A DNA stretch of 64,000 nucleotides from an uncultured Ulvibacter sp. (GTDB taxonomy: Bacteria > Bacteroidota > Bacteroidia > Flavobacteriales > Flavobacteriaceae): contig CAJXZB010000013.1 of the NCBI GenBank assembly GCA_913063405.1, positions 13,317-77,316 of the forward strand, read 5' to 3'. Positions within the stretch are counted from its first letter, which is position 1; each line of letters starts with the position of its first letter. Below are positions 20,110 through 31,118 of this stretch, in pieces. Both the position numbers and the translations under genes were made by a program. Below the pieces are notes generated by a model. That model was given only the letters and a program-made list of their open reading frames with translations. It had not been told where the DNA came from and did not search any database.

Positions 20110-20565
20110 ATGCCTTTTGACAATTTACGCCATAAAGTAACAACCATTTTAGCAAATAATAACGAAACTGAAGAACAACGAATGACCGAGGTCTGTGAAT
20201 TACTTCAAACTTCCATCGGTTATTACGATTGGGTAGGCTTCTATTTTGCCAATCATGAGACACAAACATTGCACTTAAAGTCGTTCGCTGGAGAACCAAC
20301 AGATCATATTGTTATTCCCTTCGGAAAAGGAATCTGCGGACAGGTAGCGGTTTCTAATGAAAACTTTGTCGTAACAGATGTAAAGGCACAGAATAACTAC
20401 ATCGCTTGTAGTATTTATGTGAAGGCCGAAATTGTTGTACCGCTTTTTAAAGATGGAAAAAATATTGGTCAAATTGATATTGACTCACATACCGAAGATC
20501 CTTTCTCAATTGAGGATGAACGGTTTTTGGAATGGATGAATGAGCAGATTGCAGCTATCCTATAG
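20110..20565 (+). CDS. GAF-domain protein, free methionine-R-sulfoxide reductase-like
   Basis: WVGFY, GKGICG, YIAC, EIVVP and DIDS motifs. Confidence 0.85.
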   Translation: MPFDNLRHKVTTILANNNETEEQRMTEVCELLQTSIGYYDWVGFYFANHETQTLHLKSFAGEPTDHIVIPFGKGICGQVAVSNENFVVTDVKAQNNYIACSIYVKAEIVVPLFKDGKNIGQIDIDSHTEDPFSIEDERFLEWMNEQIAAIL

Positions 20566-20578
20566 GTAATACTAAGTA

Positions 20579-21835
20579 TTACATTCCGGTTCTTATAGCC
20601 TCAACAGGATCCAGTCTTGATGCTGAAATCGCAGGTAGAATCCCAGCTATCAATCCAATTATCGCTGAAACCGCTGTACCAATAAACATATTTGCTGGCG
20701 ACAATACAAATTCGAAATCTCCAGTAAATTGAGAGGCAAATATGGACACCAAGAATACGAAGAGTAGCCCTATCAATCCTCCAATAATTGCTAAAATAAC
20801 CGCTTCAAAAAGAAACTGAAACAGGATAAACTTATTCTTTGCTCCTAGTGATTTCTGTATTCCAATAAGGTTGGTCCTTTCTTTTACACTTACAAACATA
20901 ATGTTGGCAATTCCAAAGCCCCCTACTAACAAAGAAAAACCGCTTATGACTAACCCCATCTTGTTTAAGCTACCCGTAATATTATCAATAAAATCGGCAA
21001 AACCCTGTAATTGATTAACGAAAAAATTATCAATCTCCCCTGGTTTTAAACCACGGTTCATTCGGATTTTTTGTTTTATCGAGGCGATAAATTCAGCATT
21101 GTCCAATCCATCTTCAGGTTTGATTACAATAAATGGGAAGGTGGCTTTGTTGTTATCGCCATAAATCCGTCTTACCATATTCACAGGCATGAATACCGCG
21201 GTATCTTTGGAATCTCCAAAGAGTCCGCTTCCCTCCTTTTGCAATACTCCAATTACCACAAACTTTCGGCCATACATGCGCACCTTTTTTCCAACGGCAG
21301 CTTCTGAAGTTCCAAATAACGAATTTGCAATTTCATCTCCTAAAACAATTACTGGCGTACCACTTGCAGATTCGGCTTCATTAAAAAAACGTCCTTCCGC
21401 AATCTGAAGGGATTCAATATCGTAATATTCCTCGGTCACCGCACCAACTTCAACATTTCCTACCTGTTTATCTTCGTATTTTACGGTTTCATTTTGAACA
21501 TTCAGTGTATAGGAGGCCGCCCTTAAATCTGGAAGTGACTTCTTTAAATACTGATATTCGTCGTAGGTAACATCCGGAAATTGCTCCCGTTTCCAAATGG
21601 GAACATCCGTTGGTCCAAAAGAAAATCTTCCTAAAAAAATAGTACTATTGTCTAAAGAACTTATACTCCCTTCGATCTCCTGCTTTAAGCTATCTACTGC
21701 CGCTAAAACTGCTATAATTGAGAATATGCCAATAGTAACACCCAGTAGCGATAAAAAAGTACGCAACTTATTGTTTTTAAGCGCATTAATTGCAAAATTA
21801 AAACTCTCTTTGAGTACTCTAAGGTAAATTAACAT
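20579..21835 (-). CDS. ABC transporter permease (MacB/FtsX family)
   Basis: LRTFLSLLGVTIG, GIANIMFVSVKERT and ASRLDPVEAIR motifs. Confidence 0.92.
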   Translation of the reverse strand: MLIYLRVLKESFNFAINALKNNKLRTFLSLLGVTIGIFSIIAVLAAVDSLKQEIEGSISSLDNSTIFLGRFSFGPTDVPIWKREQFPDVTYDEYQYLKKSLPDLRAASYTLNVQNETVKYEDKQVGNVEVGAVTEEYYDIESLQIAEGRFFNEAESASGTPVIVLGDEIANSLFGTSEAAVGKKVRMYGRKFVVIGVLQKEGSGLFGDSKDTAVFMPVNMVRRIYGDNNKATFPFIVIKPEDGLDNAEFIASIKQKIRMNRGLKPGEIDNFFVNQLQGFADFIDNITGSLNKMGLVISGFSLLVGGFGIANIMFVSVKERTNLIGIQKSLGAKNKFILFQFLFEAVILAIIGGLIGLLFVFLVSIFASQFTGDFEFVLSPANMFIGTAVSAIIGLIAGILPAISASRLDPVEAIRTGM

Positions 21836-21990
21836 TGCCGTTTATTTGTTTCATGAAAAGATCAAAACTCGGGTTTTCCACCCAAGTAAGATTTATTAAG
21901 ATAAAGTTATGAAAAGTATGACGCTTTCTGTTAACATATGTTACAAATATCTTATGTAATTACTTATTTTTGCCCCTTAAATTTCATTCC

Positions 21991-23523
21991 ATGAGCGACA
22001 CAAAAAAAGTAGGATCTGCCTTAATTTCCGTATTCCATAAAGAGGGTCTGGCCCCAATTGTTCAAAAGTTAAACGAGTTAGGCGTTAAAATGTACTCCAC
22101 TGGAGGCACTCAAAAATTTATTAATGATCTAGGGATTGATGTGATACCTGTTGAGGAAGTCACAGACTACCCTTCTATTTTGGGAGGTCGCGTAAAAACT
22201 TTGCATCCTAAAGTTTTTGGGGGAATTTTAAACAGACAAGATCATGAGGGAGATATAAAAGAAATGAAAGCCTATGATATTCCTCAATTGGACATCGTAA
22301 TTGTAGATTTATACCCTTTCGAAAAAACAGTCGCTTCAGGAGCGCCCGAGCAAGATATTATAGAAAAAATAGATATCGGTGGAATTTCATTGATTCGTGC
22401 CGCTGCAAAGAATTTTAAAGACACAATTTGTGTTTCTTCTATGGAGGATTATGATGAATTCCTAAATGTCATTTCAGAAAATAGTGGAAGCATTTCATTA
22501 GCAGGTCGTAAAAGTTTTGCCGCAAAAGCTTTTAATGTTTCATCAAACTATGATACTGCCATTTTTAACTATTTTAATAGTGATCATAGTATAGCTGCCC
22601 TTAAAATTAGTGAAACCAACGGTAAGGTTTTGCGTTATGGTGAGAATCCGCACCAAAGAGGATTTTTCTTCGGAAATTTTGATGAGATGTTCGATACCCT
22701 TCACGGAAAAGAACTGAGTTACAATAATCTTTTAGATGTTGATGCCGCGGTCAACTTGATGTCCGAATTTCAAGGCGAAGCTCCAACATTTGCAATTCTT
22801 AAGCATAACAATGCCTGTGGACTTGCACAAAGAGCCACAGTAAAGCAAGCCTATGTTGATGCACTAGCTGGTGATCCAGTTTCGGCATTTGGAGGAATTT
22901 TAATTTGCAATGCTGAAATTGACGAAGCTACTTCGGAAGAAATTCACAAACTATTTTGTGAAGTAGTCATTGCTCCTTCTTTTTCAGAAAAAGCATTAGA
23001 AATTTTAAAAGGTAAAAAGCATCGAAGATTATTGGTTCAAAAAGAGGTAGCATTACCAAAAACAACAGTTAGAACTTGTCTTAATGGAGCTTTGGTTCAA
23101 GACAAAGATGGAATCACAGACAATTACGAAAATTTAACACATGCAACTAATAATAAACCTACTGCAGACGAGTTAGAAGACCTATTATTTGCTTCTAAAA
23201 TCTGTAAGCATACAAAGTCAAATACCATCGTTATTGCGAAAGGGAAACAGCTTTATGCAAGTGGAACAGGACAAACCTCGAGAGTGGATGCGTTAAGACA
23301 TGCCATTGACAAGGCAAAGGCATTTAATTTTGATCTAAATGGTTCGGTGATGGCAAGTGATGCATTTTTCCCATTTCCAGATTGTGTTGAGATTGCTGAT
23401 CGTGCTGGAATCTCGGCTGTGATTCAACCTGGAGGATCTATAAAAGACGAATTAAGCATCAATTATTGCAATGATCACGAAATGGCAATGGTATTTACTG
23501 GAACACGTCATTTTAAGCATTAA
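21991..23523 (+). CDS. purH: Bifunctional AICAR transformylase/IMP cyclohydrolase
   Basis: GRVKTLHP, LRYGENPHQ, ASDAFFPF, RHFKH; start at ATG 21991. Confidence 0.97.
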   Translation: MSDTKKVGSALISVFHKEGLAPIVQKLNELGVKMYSTGGTQKFINDLGIDVIPVEEVTDYPSILGGRVKTLHPKVFGGILNRQDHEGDIKEMKAYDIPQLDIVIVDLYPFEKTVASGAPEQDIIEKIDIGGISLIRAAAKNFKDTICVSSMEDYDEFLNVISENSGSISLAGRKSFAAKAFNVSSNYDTAIFNYFNSDHSIAALKISETNGKVLRYGENPHQRGFFFGNFDEMFDTLHGKELSYNNLLDVDAAVNLMSEFQGEAPTFAILKHNNACGLAQRATVKQAYVDALAGDPVSAFGGILICNAEIDEATSEEIHKLFCEVVIAPSFSEKALEILKGKKHRRLLVQKEVALPKTTVRTCLNGALVQDKDGITDNYENLTHATNNKPTADELEDLLFASKICKHTKSNTIVIAKGKQLYASGTGQTSRVDALRHAIDKAKAFNFDLNGSVMASDAFFPFPDCVEIADRAGISAVIQPGGSIKDELSINYCNDHEMAMVFTGTRHFKH

Positions 23524-23588
23524 AATTTATTACATTTGTGCAAAGCAGTAGCTTACACGTTTAATTTCAATACTATGCTAATAAGAAT

Positions 23589-24617
23589 ATGGGATTTTTT
23601 GACTTCTTAACCGAAGAGATTGCTATCGACTTAGGGACCGCAAACACCCTTATCATTCATAACGACAAAGTAGTTGTAGATGCCCCATCAATTGTGGCAC
23701 GTGATCGCTCTACAGGTAAAATCATTGCTGTTGGAAGAGAAGCGGCTATGATGCAAGGAAAAACACACGAGAACATAAAAACCATTAGACCCCTGAAAGA
23801 TGGTGTTATCGCCGATTTTGATGCCAGCGAAAAAATGATAAACATGTTTATCAACGATATTCCTGCACTGAAGAAAAAATGGTTAAAGCCTTCTTTACGG
23901 ATGGTAATTTGTATTCCAAGTGGAATTACTGAAGTGGAGATGCGCGCTGTAAAAGAAAGTGCTGAGCGTGTAAACGGGAAGGAAGTATATCTAATTCATG
24001 AACCGATGGCAGCTGCTATAGGTATTGGAGTGGATATAATGCAACCAAAGGGAAATATGGTTGTAGATATCGGAGGTGGAACAACAGAAATTGCGGTAAT
24101 TGCCCTTGGTGGAATTGTCTGTGACAAATCGGTTAAGGTTGCGGGAGATGTTTTCACTAACGATATTGTTTACTATATGCGCACACAACACAACCTTTAT
24201 GTAGGTGAACGTACTGCAGAAAAAATCAAGATTCAGATTGGCGCTGCCACAGAAGATCTCGAACTTCCACCAGATGAAATGGATGTTCAAGGGCGGGATC
24301 TACTTACTGGAAAACCGAAACAAGTGCAAACTTCGTATCGAGAGATTGCTAAGGCATTAGATAAATCGATACTTAGAATAGAAGATGCGGTGATGGAAAC
24401 ATTATCGCAAACGCCTCCTGAGTTGGCAGCAGATATTTACAATACCGGAATCTACCTTGCAGGTGGTGGGTCTATGCTTAGAGGTTTGGATAAACGTTTA
24501 TCACAAAAAACCGACCTCCCAGTTTATATTGCCGAAGACCCTTTAAGAGCAGTAGTGCGCGGTACTGGCATTTGTCTTAAGAACATAGCTAAATACAAAA
24601 GTGTATTAATAAAATAA
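23589..24617 (+). CDS. mreB: Rod shape-determining protein MreB
   Basis: IDLGTANT and DIGGGTT motifs. Confidence 0.98.
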   Translation: MGFFDFLTEEIAIDLGTANTLIIHNDKVVVDAPSIVARDRSTGKIIAVGREAAMMQGKTHENIKTIRPLKDGVIADFDASEKMINMFINDIPALKKKWLKPSLRMVICIPSGITEVEMRAVKESAERVNGKEVYLIHEPMAAAIGIGVDIMQPKGNMVVDIGGGTTEIAVIALGGIVCDKSVKVAGDVFTNDIVYYMRTQHNLYVGERTAEKIKIQIGAATEDLELPPDEMDVQGRDLLTGKPKQVQTSYREIAKALDKSILRIEDAVMETLSQTPPELAADIYNTGIYLAGGGSMLRGLDKRLSQKTDLPVYIAEDPLRAVVRGTGICLKNIAKYKSVLIK

Positions 24618-24673
24618 GCAAACGTAAATTACAGTTGCGTCTTTTAGCTGAATCATACTAAAATTAAAGCGAC

Positions 24674-25501
24674 GTGCAACAGATTATCTTTTTCTTCATA
24701 CGGAATAAAAATTTCCTGTTGTTTGGCGTCTTGTTTCTTGTTTCTCTAGCGCTTACCATTCGATCACATTCTTTTCATTCGACAAAATTTACCAGCTCAG
24801 CCAACTTCTTAAGCGGAGGAATTTATTCTGCCAAAAGTAATGTTACAGGTTACTTCGGATTAAGAGAGGAAAATCAAAAATTACTTGATGAAAACAAATA
24901 CCTTCGAAAGCTATTAACCAACCCGAAAGACCTTTCCGAAATAAAAATACTAGATAGCAGTGACGCTCCAACAAAATTCAATTTTATCACAGCGAAAGTG
25001 ATTAACAATACTTATTCCAAAACCAAAAACCTTCTTACAATAGAAAAAGGATTGAATGACGGAATTAATATTGACATGGGGGTTATCACCACCAATGGAA
25101 TTGTTGGAATTGTAAATAGCACATCAAAAAACTACGCCACGGTACAATCAGTTTTAAACACGAATAGCCAAATAAACGCTCGACTTAAAAATTCTAATCA
25201 TTTTGGAAGCCTCGTTTGGAATACCAAAAATCCAAATATTGTCCAATTAACAGATATTAATAGACTAGCTCCTGTAAAAATAGGAGACTCCATTATCACC
25301 GACGGTAAATCAACTATTTTCCCAGAAGGTTTACCAATTGGTACCATTAAGATTTTTGAACTTGGCAAGAATGACAGTTACAATCTGGATATTCAACTAT
25401 TTAATGACATGACTAATTTAAAGCATGTTTACATTATTGAAAACACAGAAGCCGAAGAGATTAAAACGCTAGAAAAAGAAGGAGAAGATGAACAACAGTG
25501 A
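24674..25501 (+). CDS. mreC: Rod shape-determining protein MreC
   Basis: N-terminal TM, coiled coil, GIVG, IFPEG; position in the operon. Confidence 0.93.
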   Translation: MQQIIFFFIRNKNFLLFGVLFLVSLALTIRSHSFHSTKFTSSANFLSGGIYSAKSNVTGYFGLREENQKLLDENKYLRKLLTNPKDLSEIKILDSSDAPTKFNFITAKVINNTYSKTKNLLTIEKGLNDGINIDMGVITTNGIVGIVNSTSKNYATVQSVLNTNSQINARLKNSNHFGSLVWNTKNPNIVQLTDINRLAPVKIGDSIITDGKSTIFPEGLPIGTIKIFELGKNDSYNLDIQLFNDMTNLKHVYIIENTEAEEIKTLEKEGEDEQQ

Positions 25502-25994
25502 GATTATTTCAAACGTCCTTCGATTTGTACTTCTGGTATTGCTGCAGGTCCTTATCCTAAACCACATTAATTTTTTAGGCTATATAAACCCATATGTTTA
25601 TATTCTTTTTATCCTAGTTTTCCCTTTAGATGGCAATAAGTCCCTCCTTATATTTTTAAGCTTTCTTTTGGGCTTGAGCATCGATATGTTTGGAGATTCG
25701 GGAGGAGTTCATGCAGCTGCTAGTGTGTTTATAGCATTTGTAAGACCAGTTATCCTCAAGTTCTCTTTTGGTGTAAGCTATGAGTATAATATGATTCGAA
25801 TTAATAAAGCAGCCGTAGCAGAACGTCTTGTTTATATCTCCATTATGGTATTGCTGCATCATCTGGTTTTATTCTCTTTGGAAATTTTTAGCTTGAAGCA
25901 CATACTGTTATTAGTTAAGTCAACGGTATATTCAGGTATATTCAGTATAGTGTTAATCTTTTGCACCTTGTTATTATTTAGCCGAAAGCCTTGA
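25488..25994 (+). CDS. mreD: Rod shape-determining protein MreD
   Basis: Hydrophobic 168-aa ORF between mreC and mrdA. Confidence 0.9.
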   Translation: MNNSEIISNVLRFVLLVLLQVLILNHINFLGYINPYVYILFILVFPLDGNKSLLIFLSFLLGLSIDMFGDSGGVHAAASVFIAFVRPVILKFSFGVSYEYNMIRINKAAVAERLVYISIMVLLHHLVLFSLEIFSLKHILLLVKSTVYSGIFSIVLIFCTLLLFSRKP

Positions 25995-27862
25995 TGAGAA
26001 AACTACTTCTATTTTCCATTGTTCTAGTTACAGGTCTTGTATTTTCTGGACGGCTATTCTATCTGCAAGTCTATGACACCTCTTTTCAGAAATTATCTGA
26101 AAACAATGCTATTAAAATCATATACGACTATCCACAACGTGGATATCTTTTCGATAGAAATGGAAAGTTACTAGTTGCCAACCAACCTTCCTATGACGTT
26201 ATGGTAATCCCTAGAGGTGTACAACCATTGGACACTTTAGAGTTTTGTGAACTACTGAAGATCACGAAAGAGGGTTTCATTACTACTTTGAAGAAAGCTC
26301 GTGTCTATTCGCCTCGACTGCCTTCGGTTGTTATACAGCAATTAACCAAAGAGGAATACGCCTATCTTTCAGAAAAGATGCATAAATATGATGGTTTCTA
26401 TATTCAGAAACGATCATTACGCGACTATCAGGTAAAACATTCAGCAAATGTATTGGGATATATAAGGGAAGTTGATGAACGTATTATTAAGAGAAACCCT
26501 TACTATCAAATGGGTGAAATAATTGGAGTGCAAGGTGTAGAATCATCTTATGAAGAAGTACTTCGAGGAGTAAAGGGCGTAAAGTATATCCAAAAGGATC
26601 GTTTTAATCGAGATATTGGACCCTATAAAAATGGTATCTTCGATACCCTACCAGAAAGGGGCAAAGACATTACCTTAACCATTGATGCAACATTGCAAAA
26701 ATATGGTGAAGAATTATTTATAAATAAACGAGGAGGTATTGTTGCCATAGAACCTGCGACTGGTGAAATCTTAGCTTTGATAACTGCTCCTTATTATGAC
26801 CCCAGCTTACTAGTAGGACAAGAGCGCTCGAAAAACTTCACTAAATTATGGTATGACACTATTGGGAAACCACTTTTTGATCGCGGGTTGTCTGGTGAAT
26901 ATCCTCCAGGGTCTCCATTTAAGACCCTTACGGCTCTTATTGGTTTGCAGGAAGGTGTTATTGACACTGAAGAGAAAGTATGGTGCAGAGGAGGATATAC
27001 CTATGGCCGGGGAGTTAAATTGAGATGTCATCATCATCGTACTCCTTTGTCTATGAAAGGAGGAGTCGCTCAATCCTGCAACACCTATTTTTGTACGGTC
27101 TATCGCCGCACTATTGAAAAATATCCATCGCCGCAAGAAGGCATTGATAATTGGAAAAAACATCTTTCAAGTTTCGGTTTAGGAGATTTTACAGGACACG
27201 ATTTACCAAGTGGAAAACGAGGCCTAATTCCCAATTCGAAATATTATAATAGATATTACGAGTACCCTAAATATAAATGGTATGCAACAGCCACCATTTC
27301 AAACGCCATTGGGCAAGGTGAAGTGAACTTAACACCTATGCAAATGGCCAATTTCACGGCAGCCATCGCCAATAGAGGCTATTTCTATAAGCCACACATG
27401 ATTAAAGAAATTAAGAATATAGATACCATTCCACAGAAATACACCACAAAAAACACAACTACCATTGATCCGGTACATTTCGGGCCAGTGGTAGAAGGAA
27501 TGTTCGATGTTTTTAACCGGGGTACGGCGGCCCATTTACAGATTCCTGGGATAGAAATTTGTGGAAAGACAGGAACCGCAGAGAATTACACCAAAATTAA
27601 TGGAGTCCGAACTCAATTGACAGACCACTCCGTTTTTATAGCGTTTGCACCAAAAGACAATCCAAAAATAGCACTTGCCGTTTTTGTTGAAAATGGATAC
27701 TGGGGAGGTCGCTGGGCTGGGCGTATTGCGAGCCTTATGATAGAAAAATATCTAAAAGGCGAAATTACCAGAACCGATCTTGAACGTTATGTTTTGGAAG
27801 GCAGTCTTGAAGAGGAATATGCAAAACCATATAGTGGAGAACCTTTTAGAATTAATTACTAA
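25994..27862 (+). CDS. mrdA: Penicillin-binding protein 2
   Basis: SPFK, SCN and KTGT motifs. Confidence 0.95.
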   Translation: MRKLLLFSIVLVTGLVFSGRLFYLQVYDTSFQKLSENNAIKIIYDYPQRGYLFDRNGKLLVANQPSYDVMVIPRGVQPLDTLEFCELLKITKEGFITTLKKARVYSPRLPSVVIQQLTKEEYAYLSEKMHKYDGFYIQKRSLRDYQVKHSANVLGYIREVDERIIKRNPYYQMGEIIGVQGVESSYEEVLRGVKGVKYIQKDRFNRDIGPYKNGIFDTLPERGKDITLTIDATLQKYGEELFINKRGGIVAIEPATGEILALITAPYYDPSLLVGQERSKNFTKLWYDTIGKPLFDRGLSGEYPPGSPFKTLTALIGLQEGVIDTEEKVWCRGGYTYGRGVKLRCHHHRTPLSMKGGVAQSCNTYFCTVYRRTIEKYPSPQEGIDNWKKHLSSFGLGDFTGHDLPSGKRGLIPNSKYYNRYYEYPKYKWYATATISNAIGQGEVNLTPMQMANFTAAIANRGYFYKPHMIKEIKNIDTIPQKYTTKNTTTIDPVHFGPVVEGMFDVFNRGTAAHLQIPGIEICGKTGTAENYTKINGVRTQLTDHSVFIAFAPKDNPKIALAVFVENGYWGGRWAGRIASLMIEKYLKGEITRTDLERYVLEGSLEEEYAKPYSGEPFRINY

Positions 27863-29118
27863 TGGCAGGAGGAAAAGGCAAAATTAGACTCGATTGGCTT
27901 ACCATCTTTTTTTACGTAGCTCTTGTAGGAATAGGTTGGATTAATATTTACTCGGCTTCACTAAGCGATTCTGCTGCAGGGCTTTTTGATTTTAGTCAGA
28001 TTTACGCTAGACAACTGTTATTCATCATTTTAAGCGTCATTCTTATCATTTTTCTTTTGGCGATAGACGCCAAGTTTTATGAACGCTTTTCGAGTATTAT
28101 TTATATTATTTCTTTAGCCTCATTATTGGGTCTATTTCTCTTCGGAAACAATATTAACGGAGCGACCTCCTGGTATTCGTTTGGAAGTTTTGGCATTCAA
28201 CCGAGTGAATTTGCAAAGGCTGCTACGGCCCTTGCGCTTTCCAAATACGTAAGCGACATACAGACTAACTTGTCTGAGTTTAAGTACCAACTTCGATCGT
28301 TTCTCATTATTGCGTTACCAGCATTGTTTATTATTCCACAACCTGACCCAGGTAGCGCCTTAATTTACTCGGCATTTATTTTCGCATTGTACCGAGAAGG
28401 ATTGCATTTCGTATATTTACTTTTGGGGTTTTTCGCGGCGGCTTTATTCGTTTTTACTTTAGCTTTTGGTGTGTGGTGGGTAACGGCTGGAGTTATTCTT
28501 ATTGCCCTTTCTATTTATTTAAAAAACAGAAAAAGACGTCCCAATCTGCTCAAATATGGAACATTGACAATCGCCTGTATTAGTTTTGCCTTCTCAGTGA
28601 GTTATATTTTTAACAATGTATTTGAGCAACGACATCGTGACAGATTCAATATTGTTCTAGGCAAAGAGACAGATACAAAAGGAATTGGCTACAACACAAA
28701 TCAAAGTGAAATTGCTATTGGAAGTGGTGGATGGACTGGCAAGGGATGGACACAGGGAACTCAAACGAAAGGAAACTTCGTGCCAGAGCAACATACCGAC
28801 TATATTTTTAGTACTGTTGGAGAGGAATGGGGCTTCTTAGGGAGTATTATTGTATTGACATTATTTATTGGGCTCATCTTACGCATTTTGGTGCTGGCAG
28901 AGCGTCAGAAAAATCAATTCAGCAGGGTGTATGGATACAGTGTTGCAGCGATTTTATTTCTACATATTTTTGTGAATATAGGAATGGTAACAGGGCTCTT
29001 CCCAACAGTAGGAATACCATTGCCCTTCTTTAGTTATGGTGGTTCAGGATTATGGGGGTTCACTATATTGTTATTCATTTTTGTGAAACTAGATGGCTCC
29101 AACTTTGTGAATTCTTAG
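27862..29118 (+). CDS. rodA: SEDS glycosyltransferase RodA
   Basis: QPSEFAK, PEQHTDYIF and SYGGS motifs. Confidence 0.95.
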   Translation: MAGGKGKIRLDWLTIFFYVALVGIGWINIYSASLSDSAAGLFDFSQIYARQLLFIILSVILIIFLLAIDAKFYERFSSIIYIISLASLLGLFLFGNNINGATSWYSFGSFGIQPSEFAKAATALALSKYVSDIQTNLSEFKYQLRSFLIIALPALFIIPQPDPGSALIYSAFIFALYREGLHFVYLLLGFFAAALFVFTLAFGVWWVTAGVILIALSIYLKNRKRRPNLLKYGTLTIACISFAFSVSYIFNNVFEQRHRDRFNIVLGKETDTKGIGYNTNQSEIAIGSGGWTGKGWTQGTQTKGNFVPEQHTDYIFSTVGEEWGFLGSIIVLTLFIGLILRILVLAERQKNQFSRVYGYSVAAILFLHIFVNIGMVTGLFPTVGIPLPFFSYGGSGLWGFTILLFIFVKLDGSNFVNS

Positions 29119-29933
29119 CGCTTCCCCCAAGCCTTCAAATCGATTCGAGATTCGAGATGAGTTTCTAAGGATTCAGAAATCTTCGGAAAGAAATCTATGC
29201 CTGTTTTCTCCTCAATAGCATCAATCGTTGTTACATAGTCGTAAAAAGATTTATTGGTACGTTTATTCGGAATTAAAAAAGCAATTGCCTTATAGTTTCC
29301 ATCTGAAGCATCCATGACAATTTTATAAAATTCCTCTGGCACTGAAACACGCTCATCCCCAATTGATGGTAATCCTTTCCTTAAAATCCCTCCTGTCACA
29401 ACATAAACACCTTGGTACTTGCCCGCCCAAAACCGAACCTTTTGCTCCAGACTATTCCAAACCCCGGCATTAAACTCATGGTTCTGCGGACTAATATTAC
29501 TTGTCAAAAACGTTTCATGATATGCATCGTAGGTAAATCTTCGATCTCCAGCGGGACATAAATGTCCACGATCGTACCCAGACCTCTTATAGTTACGCCA
29601 ATCTGCCGATTTACTTTTCACCTGGCGATCTTCAACAAAATAGGGACGTTCTATATCATTTTTTGACAGGTGTTTCTCTGAAAGCTCGTATGCCACCCAC
29701 TCAGCTTGTTCATGTGATTCGGCATAGGACAATGTATAATATGCATGGGTAATTATAGCTCCCGTTGTCGAAGTTGGTAGAAAGATATCGTCAAATTCCG
29801 AAGAAGAAAAATCATCATTCTCTTTTGATGTGTTTGGATAATCTTCAGTCTCCCGATCCACATATTTTTCGGCATAATACAACACTATCGTTACAACTAT
29901 GATAAGGATTGGGTACAGATATTTTCGGCTCAT
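29115..29933 (-). CDS. DNA/RNA non-specific endonuclease (NucA family)
   Basis: GYDRGHL and SNISPQ motifs; N-terminal anchor. Confidence 0.92.
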   Translation of the reverse strand: MSRKYLYPILIIVVTIVLYYAEKYVDRETEDYPNTSKENDDFSSSEFDDIFLPTSTTGAIITHAYYTLSYAESHEQAEWVAYELSEKHLSKNDIERPYFVEDRQVKSKSADWRNYKRSGYDRGHLCPAGDRRFTYDAYHETFLTSNISPQNHEFNAGVWNSLEQKVRFWAGKYQGVYVVTGGILRKGLPSIGDERVSVPEEFYKIVMDASDGNYKAIAFLIPNKRTNKSFYDYVTTIDAIEEKTGIDFFPKISESLETHLESRIDLKAWGKR

Positions 29934-30079
29934 TAACTTTTAATTTCAGAAATAGTAAGTAACAAATGAATTTCCAACATTTGCATTAAAAATTGGAGTA
30001 ACGCTCATTCTAAAAACTAAGATAATAATCTCCGACAATGATTTCCCATTAATAATTCAATTTTATTTAAGTTTGAAAT

Positions 30080-30274
30080 ATGTTAAGGTCAACCATAATC
30101 CTCATTTTACTTATTTCGTTTTGTAGCTGCAATAGTAGTAGAGAAAATAATATTTCGATCGAAAGCATTAACTATTTGCATCAACAAATAGATTCAATTT
30201 CCAAAGATTCTGTTTTTAGTTGCTTAAGAAATGTTCAAAATTTTATAAAGGTGAATCCCAATATCCCAACGTGA
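30080..30274 (+). pseudogene. Truncated lipoprotein N-terminus
   Basis: Lipoprotein-type signal LLISFCSC; TAAGTTTG -7 element 4 nt upstream; stops just after running into the HlyD fragment. Confidence 0.55.
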
Positions 30275-31118
30275 TTGCCACGGACGTCCTTATTACCTCG
30301 CAAATACCTCCCCAAATGGTATTCGCACGAACCAATGGTAAACTGGACACCTTGTTTGTTGAAAATAATGACGTAGTCCTATCCGAAAAAAAACTGGCGG
30401 TGGTTGAAAGTTCAGCAAACTATAAAGATGTTTTATTTCCAAAAGAAGCTTTAGATACTATCAGTCTTCTAAATGACCATTTTTTATTTCCAATTGAAAA
30501 AATGAAGTCCTTAGCATTGGGAGAGGTTACGCCGAACTATGCTATATTCAAAAAAGAATACCTAGACTATGTTATTAACACAAAAGTCATTTCAAACACC
30601 TTCTCAAAAGAGAATTCTCGTTTATATAAAAATTTAATACAATCCTATGCGCAACTTCGAAATGTGGTAGAAAGTTGGAAACAAAAATATGTGCTAAAGT
30701 CAAGAATGAAGGGAATTGTTTCTTACATAAGTGTTTGGAATGAACATCAAAACATACTAAATGGCGAACTTCTGTTCACTATAGTCCCACTTGACAGCAA
30801 AAACTACATTGCAAAGATTAAGGCTCCAATGCGCAATTCGGGTAAAATCCAAAAAGGGCAAAAAGTCAACATTAAACTGCTAAATTTTCCTGCAACGGAA
30901 TATGGGATATTAACTGCCATAGTCGAAAGTGTATCTTCGAGTCCAAATGAAGAAGGGTTCTATATAGTTAAAGTAGTACTCAATGATCGATTGGTCACCT
31001 CATATAACATAGAAATTCCTTTTAAAAATGAAATGACAGGTACCGCTGAAATAATAACAAAAGACTTAAGATTAATAGAACGCTTCTTTATAGCCTCCGA
31101 AATATATTCACAAACTAA
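30262..31118 (+). pseudogene. HlyD-family membrane fusion protein relic (no N-terminal anchor, frameshifted C-terminus)
   Basis: YPNVI..IT..PP, GKIQKGQKVNIKL.NFP..EYG and GTAEIITKDLRLIERFF motifs; no TM segment or credible start. Confidence 0.75.

Noticed and set aside
29115-29933. Nuclease as a defence or toxin system
   Set aside because: Ordinary membrane-anchored NucA-family enzyme with no immunity or defence partner adjacent
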